Source: Octopus vulgaris (lineage: Eukaryota). From it: 64,000 nt of DNA. The notes under the pieces are model-generated. The model had not been told where the DNA came from. It was given only the letters and a program-made list of their open reading frames with translations, and ran no database searches. Position numbers and translations under genes: made by a program. Shown here piece by piece: positions 53,579 to 64,000 of this stretch (positions are counted from its first letter, which is position 1; every line of letters starts with the position of its first letter). The stretch lies in assembly GCA_951406725.2 (NCBI GenBank), contig OX597814.1:148614001-148678000 (forward strand). The letters run 5' to 3'.

Positions 53579-56500
53579 TCAGCTTATGAGCTGTGGCCAT
53601 GCTGGGGCACCGCCATATATATATATACATAAATAATAATAATATATACATAAATAATAATAATAATAATAATATATATATATATATATATATATATGTA
53701 CCTTAAAGGTGATGCCAACATCATTTGGGCAATGCTGATGGAATATTTTCCACATCATGCAGATGATGTAGCGCTCACGACGACGTTGGAGAGAATAGAG
53801 TTTTAGCTTTTCTAGTCGACCCCAATAGTCGAGGCCTGTCATGCCATCTATCTTTTTTGTGATTGCCCTTTGAGGTGCTTCGACTTTTATGATACCTTGT
53901 ATTGTGTGGGGAGACCACAGTGGACAACAGTATTCAAGGTGGGGTCGGGCAAAAGTGGAGAAGAGAAGGATAATGGTGTGGATATCTCTCGACTGGAAAG
54001 TTCTGAGAATCCAGGAACACATTCTGCGGGCCATGTCAACTTTGGTGTTTATATGAGTGGCCCAGCTTACGTTGTTGTCCACAATTACTCCCAAGTCTCT
54101 GATGTTGTTGGACGCCGCGAGAGTTTCACCTGAAGGAAGGGAGTATGGGAGTTTCAGGGCATCCTCTTTTCCAAAGTGGATTAGCTCAAATTTATCCTCG
54201 TTCAGCAGCATATTGTTTTTTTCTGCCCATTGGATAACAGCCAGTAGATCTGACTGAAGGCATGTCCGGTCACTCGCCTCATTTATGACCTTCTGTAGCT
54301 TGGAGTCATCTGCAAAGATTTTTATGTTGCTGTGCTTGATGATGTCATTAATGTCATTAATGTAAATGATGAAAAGAAGTGGGCCCAGCACAGTGCCTTG
54401 CGGAACGCCACTACTGACTTTGGCTGGGCTTGATTTTACCCCTTCAACTACAACATGTTGAGATCTGTCTGTCAGGAAACACTTAATCCATTTCAGTAAC
54501 TTTCCAGAGACACCAATGTTGGATAGTTTTTTCAATAGGATCTTGTGATCGACCCTGTCGAAGGCCTTACTGAAATCAAGGTAGATGACATCGGTGTTGG
54601 AGCCCTCTCCCAAAGCTCTCAAAATGTCCTCAAAGTGATGCAGGAGCTGCGTTAGGCAGTCCCTTCCATTACGGAACCCATGTTGGTTGGAGATCAGCCG
54701 TCTGTTGCTTTCCAGAAATTGGGTTATTTGAGATCTCACCACCCTCTCAAATACCTTGATGATATGAGAGGTGAGTGAGATCGGACGGTAATTCACTGCA
54801 AGGGACTTGTTTCCCTTTTTGAAAACTGGGACAACAGACTGGGACAGAAGGTTTTTTGGAATATAGCCAGCATCCAGTGAGTTTCTCCACAGATTAGCAA
54901 GGGGAGATGCAAGTTGGTGTCGACACACCTTCAGGACACAAGCAGGGAACCTATCGGGGCCTACTGCTGAATTGTGTTTTATTTCGTTTATCGCCGCTAA
55001 GACATCAGGGGCACTAAACGTTATGTCCGATATAGTGTGTTGGGGGTTGACATCACTGATACAGCCCAGATCGGCCATATCAGGATTGCTGAAAACAGAG
55101 CAGTATTGTTTCTGCAGTATCTCGGCCATGGATTTGGCATTATCTTGGAGAGTGCCAGTTTCGTCAATTAGAGGGCCTACAGTGGAGACAGTGACCCTGC
55201 GTTTCCTCGCAAATGAAATGAACACTTTGGGGTTGAGTTTGATTTTTTCAATGGCCCACTTCTCCTCAGCTGATCTTTGGTTATTGATGAGGGACTTCAT
55301 GCATTGTTGGAGGTTATATTTTTTGGATTCAAGCAGTGCGATAGCCGTCGAATGTGTGTGTTGCTGTTGGCAGTACTTTAGTTTGTTAATTTTTTTGTTT
55401 GTTCTTTTTATTTTTCTGATAATGGTTTTTCTGTTTTGGGGGATTCTGCACTTTTTGTTCACAGGTCTTGGTGGGGAGTGTTTTGCACATATGTCTGTGA
55501 CGGTGTCTACAAAGATCTGCCAAGATGTTTTATGGTTGGTGGAGATGTGTGTATGTGTAAAGGACCAGTCAACATTTGATAGCTCGTTCCTGATTGCATC
55601 CCAGTTGGCTTTATGGAGATCCATGTTGTCAAATGGGTGGGCTGGAGGAAGGTCACTAGGATTAGCTTTCGGCTGGTGGAATTTCATGTTACAGAGAACC
55701 ATGTCATGGTCTGAAAGAAGGGTTTTTTCCACTGTAACGTTATGTATAGTGTTAGTGTGGTTACTAAACACTAGGTCCAAAATGTTCTGATGTCTTGTTG
55801 GTGCAAGGACAAGTTGGGACAAGAAAAACTCATTCGTAAAGTCGAAAAGTGACTCTGCTGCTTCTTTGTCAGCGGTTGAGGCGGGAGTGCTTGGTTTCAA
55901 ACAGTTTGTAGTCCAGTCAACACAGGGTAGATTGAAGTCTCCCATCATGAGTATGTTGCTAGAATGGCACTGTTGAATAAAGCACTTAATGCTGTTGAGG
56001 CATTCTTTAAAGCACAGTATGGGTGTTTGGGGCGGCCTATAGAGCCCAATTACTGTCAGATCATTGGCTTTGTTGTGCACGGTGACTGATTCACAGTAGC
56101 CGTTGGAGAATATACTATTTCCATCTGCCGTAAATGAATCATGCAGGAAAATGGCAGTTCCACCCTTCCTCCTGCCGATACGATCCGCGCGGATGGTTGT
56201 GAAATTCTTCACTCTCACTTCGGCTTCCAAGTGGGAGTTGTCAAGGTGGGTCTCAGTGAGAATGAAGAAAGGGATGTGGTGTGAATGGTTACCAACCCAG
56301 TCTTCAATGAATTGGACCTTCCATTTTTGTGCATTGATGGAAGGGCTGACACCTTGTGCATTGAGTAGGAATGTGGAGGTTAGTGTAGTGGCTGGTTTTG
56401 ACTGTTGCAGGGGGCTTGGATTTTTTGTGTGTGTTAGTGGCAGCAATGTGGGGAATTGGTGCACTGGGGTAATAGCATAGGATGGTGTTGAGTGATGGCT

Positions 56501-57658
56501 AGAATGTTTTTGTGTATCTCTTTTGCCATGTTCAACATGGCTAAAAGAATTTTCCTGCTTAGGGAGCAGTTTTTGGCTGGAGGTGTGGTTGCACTGTTGG
56601 ATAGGGTTGTAGTTTCCACTTTTGTTGTTGTTGTTTTTGTGTCTTCCTGAAAAGACTGGACCAGCATTACTGCAGCATGGTGTGTTTCTATTTTTATTGT
56701 TATTCAGGTTTGTGTGTTGGCTTGAGGCCCCGTTTCTGTTTGTGCGTCGGGTCCCTGGAAGATGAGTGAAGGGACAGTCACTCAGTAGACATGTTCTCTC
56801 ACGTTGGGAATACCGGCAGATTTTGGGACTCCGAGTTGTGTGTGTTTTGAATTTCGATTTACTATTTGGTGGTGTTGATGTTATTGTGGGATGCGTGCTT
56901 TGGCCTTGGCCAGTAGTGCGTCTAGTGCCGGGTAGATGCGTGAAGATGCAGTCACTATTTGTGCAGAGTCTCTGGCGCAGTGAATAGCGGCATATTTGGG
57001 GATTTCTTGTTTGTGCCGTGGGGGGCGCATTCTGCTTCCTATGTTTCTTTAAGTTTTTGTTACTGCAGTAGTATTGAGGTGGTGATGTGGGGGAAGAGGG
57101 CAGTGGTTTCTTATTTGGTTTTCTGTTGGTATTTTTGGTGATAGAAGACGATGGTGGCAGCGGTGGTGATGATGATGATGATAATTGTGGTGGTTGCTGT
57201 GAGAGCGGTGAAAAGATACTGGCATTTAGTGAATCGTCTAGTAAGCTAGAGTTGAGGAGTGGCTGTTGTTGTTCTTGTTGCTGTGGCTGTTGTTGTTGTT
57301 GTTGTGCCTGACCGATGTCAGGGTCAGCCATTGTGTTGGGAACCAGGAGTGGCTCATTCTGTTGTTGTTGTTGTGGCTGCTGATTTTCTAGCTGTTGTTG
57401 TTCTTGAACTGTGAAAATATGTAGAAGCTTTTCATAATGGCCTCTTATCAGTTTGAAAGATACTTCGATATGTTTCAACTTGCTACGAATCTGTTTGACG
57501 GATCGTGTGTTGACCACTTGTGATGTTTTTTCGGCAATCTCATTCAAACACAAGACATTTAGATTTTCTGTTTGGGAAAGAGAGTGCCATGTGTTTATTA
57601 AAACATCAATTTCGTTATCAGACCAATTTCGTCTGTTGCAGGCCTGCAAGTTAGTCAT
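53579..57658 (-). CDS. Single-ORF retrotransposon polyprotein: Myb/SANT-like, polyQ linker, 2x CCCH, APE endonuclease, reverse transcriptase (last ~38 codons are microsatellite read-through)
   Basis: RRNWSDNEIDVLINTW...EIAEK...RSVKQIRSKLKHI; C-x8-C-x4-C-x3-H twice; LNAQG, LTETHL, YRPP, GDFNLP, PTR..ILDL, SDH; NYRPISLTS, QHGFR, DFSKAFD, GVPQG, FADD. Confidence 0.9.
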   Translation of the reverse strand: MTNLQACNRRNWSDNEIDVLINTWHSLSQTENLNVLCLNEIAEKTSQVVNTRSVKQIRSKLKHIEVSFKLIRGHYEKLLHIFTVQEQQQLENQQPQQQQQNEPLLVPNTMADPDIGQAQQQQQQPQQQEQQQPLLNSSLLDDSLNASIFSPLSQQPPQLSSSSSPPLPPSSSITKNTNRKPNKKPLPSSPTSPPQYYCSNKNLKKHRKQNAPPTAQTRNPQICRYSLRQRLCTNSDCIFTHLPGTRRTTGQGQSTHPTITSTPPNSKSKFKTHTTRSPKICRYSQRERTCLLSDCPFTHLPGTRRTNRNGASSQHTNLNNNKNRNTPCCSNAGPVFSGRHKNNNNKSGNYNPIQQCNHTSSQKLLPKQENSFSHVEHGKRDTQKHSSHHSTPSYAITPVHQFPTLLPLTHTKNPSPLQQSKPATTLTSTFLLNAQGVSPSINAQKWKVQFIEDWVGNHSHHIPFFILTETHLDNSHLEAEVRVKNFTTIRADRIGRRKGGTAIFLHDSFTADGNSIFSNGYCESVTVHNKANDLTVIGLYRPPQTPILCFKECLNSIKCFIQQCHSSNILMMGDFNLPCVDWTTNCLKPSTPASTADKEAAESLFDFTNEFFLSQLVLAPTRHQNILDLVFSNHTNTIHNVTVEKTLLSDHDMVLCNMKFHQPKANPSDLPPAHPFDNMDLHKANWDAIRNELSNVDWSFTHTHISTNHKTSWQIFVDTVTDICAKHSPPRPVNKKCRIPQNRKTIIRKIKRTNKKINKLKYCQQQHTHSTAIALLESKKYNLQQCMKSLINNQRSAEEKWAIEKIKLNPKVFISFARKRRVTVSTVGPLIDETGTLQDNAKSMAEILQKQYCSVFSNPDMADLGCISDVNPQHTISDITFSAPDVLAAINEIKHNSAVGPDRFPACVLKVCRHQLASPLANLWRNSLDAGYIPKNLLSQSVVPVFKKGNKSLAVNYRPISLTSHIIKVFERVVRSQITQFLESNRRLISNQHGFRNGRDCLTQLLHHFEDILRALGEGSNTDVIYLDFSKAFDRVDHKILLKKLSNIGVSGKLLKWIKCFLTDRSQHVVVEGVKSSPAKVSSGVPQGTVLGPLLFIIYINDINDIIKHSNIKIFADDSKLQKVINEASDRTCLQSDLLAVIQWAEKNNMLLNEDKFELIHFGKEDALKLPYSLPSGETLAASNNIRDLGVIVDNNVSWATHINTKVDMARRMCSWILRTFQSRDIHTIILLFSTFARPHLEYCCPLWSPHTIQGIIKVEAPQRAITKKIDGMTGLDYWGRLEKLKLYSLQRRRERYIICMMWKIFHQHCPNDVGITFKVHIYIYIYIYYYYYYYLCIYYYYLCIYIYGGAPAWPQLIS

Positions 57659-57995
57659 GTTTGTTTTTCTTTTGTTTGTTTTCCTTTTGATTTTTGAAAA
57701 TATATATATTCTTTCTTGGGAGTTAAAGAAGTGTATATATATATAAATGTTCTCTCTTAAGGGTGTGAGTTTTTGATTATTTGGTTGTTTGAGGATATTA
57801 AAAGAAAAACAGGTGTATATAACAATTTGTAGTTAAATGAAAGCGTACTTACGGGTTTGTAGGCAAAGACGTGGTTACAAATATATATATATTTAAGGTC
57901 AGTTAGTTTTGAAGCTGTGTAGCTTGCTACTGACTCGGGAGAGAAACAAATAGACGTCCGTCCAGTTCAACAGTTAATCCACAACAGTTAATCCA
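53696..57995 (-). mobile_element. CR1-group LINE with intact 5' end, truncated at 3' end by (TA)n
   Basis: 5' UTR starts with (ggattaactgttg)x2 and ggacggacgtc; long ORF; homology to the sister copy stops at GITFKVH (~53696). Confidence 0.9.
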
Positions 57996-57998
57996 TAT

Positions 57999-58029
<31 letters not shown>

Positions 58030-58035
58030 AATATA

Positions 58036-59325
<1,290 letters not shown>

Positions 59326-59327
59326 TA

Positions 59328-59925
<598 letters not shown>

Positions 59926-60012
59926 ATTTAACACACACACACACACACACAAGTATGTATGCCTGTACATACATACTTCCACACACACACACACTCATAC
60001 ACACACACACAT

Positions 60013-60048
<36 letters not shown>

Positions 60049-60095
60049 GGCCGATGAGTAGCAACTCCACCATAATATTGTACCTGCCATTTCAC

Positions 60096-60177
<82 letters not shown>

Positions 60178-62338
60178 ATACGGGCACCTGTGGACTAACT
60201 GAAAACCTGTATCTAGGAGATTTATTTGTATGCGTTACTATAAACTAAGTACATAGCGAAAATAAACTTAACGATCTGTTTGTGTCTGCGCAACTATCAT
60301 CTTTTCTATCAAAATCAATTATTCCCTTGTCTCAGACACGCTCGCTTATACACGTATAATATACACGGGGATATATATACGTGTGTCTGTGTGTGTGTGT
60401 ACATGTGTACTCACATGCCCATATATGCATATATTACATCACTCACATACATACAAACACACATGTTCACCTAGAGTTAAACACTCAGTGGTTTGCATCC
60501 GAGATGCATGAGCTTCTTTGTGAGATTTCTGATACGTACACACATACAAATACACACTCATGCACACACACATACACACACATCAACAGTGACGAATGTA
60601 TTTTCTCCGGTTCACCTTTCATGGAATGTAATTTGTAGACAACCATCACGTCCACTCGTCAGGAAACCTCGTTTAAGCCATCATACGTACGAAAGATTAA
60701 CTCTACCGTGAGCCTCAAAATAATATTATCGACTGGGATTTTATCCCAGCTTGGTTTAATTCTGTATTTTGTTTTTTGTCATACGCATACAGCCAGCGTA
60801 AACTCAGGTGAAACACCTACGAGTATTCACCGACTTCTTTCAATCATTAAACTACCTCAATTGTTGAATTTCTGATATATACGATTATCTTTTCCTACTA
60901 CTATGATTATACAACTGGAATAAGGGTTTGAATAATGATAGATAATTACCTTTCATCATTCATCACTACATTTGTGCTACACTATTCTGATAGCTTTTAA
61001 CTTTGTTTATCCTTTTTCACACTTCCTCATCTATCTCTCCCCTCAAACACTCGGGACCCTTCTTCTTTCCTCAGCAGTTTATACTTCCTACTCATACAAA
61101 ACCCGTCATAAATGCTGAGCAGCCTCAATATACCTTTCACAGTTTCGCGTCAGACAAACAAGCTATATAATCTACATTTCTATTCTAAGCTGCTGTTTTC
61201 AGCGCCAGATCGACAACATCTTCCTTTCAGAGTAAATTCGCATTGTCACCACACAATTCTTTCCCATCTCAAATCCTACCATCTCATTGTTTATGTCTTC
61301 TGCTCCTAGATACCATTCGTACTACTATTTCATCTATTCACGCCCTATTTTACTAACTGTCTTGGGGTTCCACTATATCGCTCTTTTCAGCATCCTCGCC
61401 ATCTGCTAATTTATTCAAGCATTGTACACCTCAGACATATACACATACCAAAACCCCAAATTCCACACTCCACTTCACTCTACCATCACCACTTTTGCTT
61501 TGGCACATCCTAACTTCATCTGTTCCTACTCAAACCCATTTCATTCCAAGGGCTTATCCTGACGCCTGCTATTACCTACGCTTTCAACTAGAGACGGCTA
61601 CGTATATCGTGAGATCTCCATATTGTGAATTTTTTTCCTTCTCCTCACAACATCTTCTATCTCCAACCACATTATCTAAACACATAACCTCACTGTTACG
61701 TATTATTCCCGACCATCCAACTTTAAAAAAAATTATTTCTTCCCCGATCACCCTATATTCTTAGTTTGTAACCGCCTCAAACGTCTGATATACAAATATT
61801 CCTACTACTACTTCAAACCTTAACTGATTCTCCCCCACTCTATGTCCATGACAAAATCCATGTTCTTCTACACTTCACCTAATCGTTTCGAAGAACATAT
61901 ATTTTTCTGAGCGTTTCCTTAATGTATCCGACATCACCAAAGCCTCCTCATCGGAAGATCTCGAGTATAGCCGTTTATTAACATTTAAGTTCCTCCCGAT
62001 AATTGACTGATGATTTGATTGCGTATATCTATACACAAATACATCATTCGGGTTTTGGAAAGTTCTAAGCTTTTTATTTTCAAAATTATATCTAGAATAT
62101 TAACATCGAGTAGCTTAGTATCTACGTTGATATTGTATACATTAATATATTAAGTCCCATTTCCTAACATACTTTAATCACTTGTTTCCTAAATCTATAA
62201 ACTTATCACTCTTATAATTTCTGCACGAAAGTAAGATGTCATTACGATAAAAGAAAACAGTATATTTTAGAAATTTCTTTCTCAATAAATTCAGAATATA
62301 TAGCCCTATAATTCCGTTCACATATTGAGTTTCATACA

Positions 62339-62375
<37 letters not shown>

Positions 62376-62392
62376 GCATACATGTATATATA

Positions 62393-63313
62393 TATGACGT
62401 CCGATCAAACAATATTGGTAATTCTGCTATGGTAACGGAGCTAGAGTACGTAGAATGAAGCCGCTTGATACAGATTAACGTTCATCACCTGTTGCGCATG
62501 CACACTATGTTATTATGTTCTCACTCACGTTGTTTATAGTGCTTGGAAGTAAAGTGTGTATAGTGTGGTGGTCTCACCAAACCACAGCAGTTTCTTCAGT
62601 GACCAAGGCCTTTGCCAAAAATGTGGAGGTAAATGCACAGCGACCTCCTATTCAATGTTACAGTAAGCGTATGCAGAGGAGTGCGTGAGCCACCGCATAA
62701 GTATGTACGGGTAATTCAATTGTTTCGAAAATACTCGACACAATGTCGAATGAGAGAAACTACATAAAGACAAGATTGATTATATCCTTCGACTACAAGG
62801 GCGTTGAACATCATGTGTATCCTCACTCTTGTCAGTAAACAAGGTGTACAGTCGTGACGTGATGCGGCGTTTGCGGGATGTTTCTCGTCGGAAAAAAGCA
62901 GAAGTGTATATGGCCGATGAGTAGCAACTCCACCATAATATTGTACCTGCCATTTCACCGCAGTTTGTGCAGCAGTTTCTGACCAAGCAAAACATTCTCC
63001 GGGTCCGACAAGCACTATATTCTTCAGATCAAGCTGCTTACCGTATCTTTTCGTCTTTCCAAAGACCAAATTCCACTTGAAAGAATCAAGATTTCAGGGC
63101 GTTGAGGAAATGAAACAGAATTCGAAGAGACAGCTTCCCGCTTTCCCCAAACAAGGAGTACTAGGAATGCTTTCTCTCAATGGAAACGACGCTGGATAAA
63201 GTACGTATCTTCAGAATGGGACTACTTCGAAGAAATTAAATGACAAATTAATGTGTGTAGTATTTTCTTATTTATATCACTAGTTCTGATAATTTTTGAT
63301 CAGTGGTTGTATG
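62393..63313 (+). mobile_element. Mariner-family transposon, internally deleted and decayed
   Basis: Y..VMRRLR...RRK, QLHHN..PA (HDNAPAH-like), RFQGVEEMK, WKRRW.K and GDYFE-like C-terminus; degenerate TIRs gatcaaacaatat / ataatttttgatc. Confidence 0.72.
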
Positions 63314-64000
63314 TATAAGACATTTAATCACGGAAGAGTACAGCCACTCAAAAGATCCGTTGCGGCCAGGCTTCCCGCTTCAGTGAATAAAACAATAGAA
63401 GAAAATGAACCTCATATCATTTTTATAAAATGATGATATATAAGTCTTTTGCGAAAAGTTTGGATTTGTCATTGATCATTTACCTCAGTCAATTCTATTT
63501 AATTTACAGTTTAATAAATGCGTATGAATGAAACTTTCAGCCATGTTCACTACTTTAGCTCTACGCCATCATATTTTACAAGCACCTTAATATATGTATT
63601 GAGTTCTATAGCTAAGGTTGTTATAACCAATATTCTATTCATGTGTTTACCGTACAAATACATAAACACGAAGATATTAACGATCTCCGGATGTTTGTAC
63701 TCATCAATCAAATTTTCTATCGAAATCTGACCCTCGTCACTTTTTTGCTTATATGTCTGAAAAAGACATTTATCCAGTCGTGAAGATATATAAAAACACA
63801 TACGCACAAACGTGCACACATACACACACGCGCACACGTACACACACACACAAACACACAGAGACATTTAAGGAGGTATACGTGTAAGTACGTACATTAT
63901 ATTTTTTTAATAGCCTACTGTATGTTTAAATATTCACATTAACGTTTCTCTCGCCGTGTATTTAACTACTATTTCTGATATACATATGTGTATGTATATA

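Overview
Eukaryotic, repeat-dense DNA with no recognisable host protein-coding gene. It is most likely a coleoid cephalopod (octopus-like); this is inferred from the ~2.64-kb expanded 18S, the SINE families and the microsatellite load. Positions ~962-15940 form a GC-rich island: an orphan, truncated rDNA unit on the minus strand. It contains a 28S fragment lacking both its 5' core and its 3' two-thirds, 5.8S, an ITS1 with a ~360-bp triplication, 18S, the 5'ETS and an IGS with five promoter-like units. The island ends with a 141-bp tandem array and a ~1.3-kb non-coding, highly structured insert lying between decayed copies of the 28S R1/R2 target region. The remainder is AT-rich. (TA)n arrays host many short Penelope-type remnants carrying hammerhead ribozyme cores, often as head-to-head fold-backs, including a nested 2.9-kb palindrome. 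Also present are tRNA-derived SINEs, decayed Tc1, mariner and Tigger transposons, and several CR1-group LINEs. One LINE has a single 1359-codon ORF fusing a Myb/SANT-like domain and two CCCH fingers to APE and RT. All calls are by eye, so boundaries are approximate.
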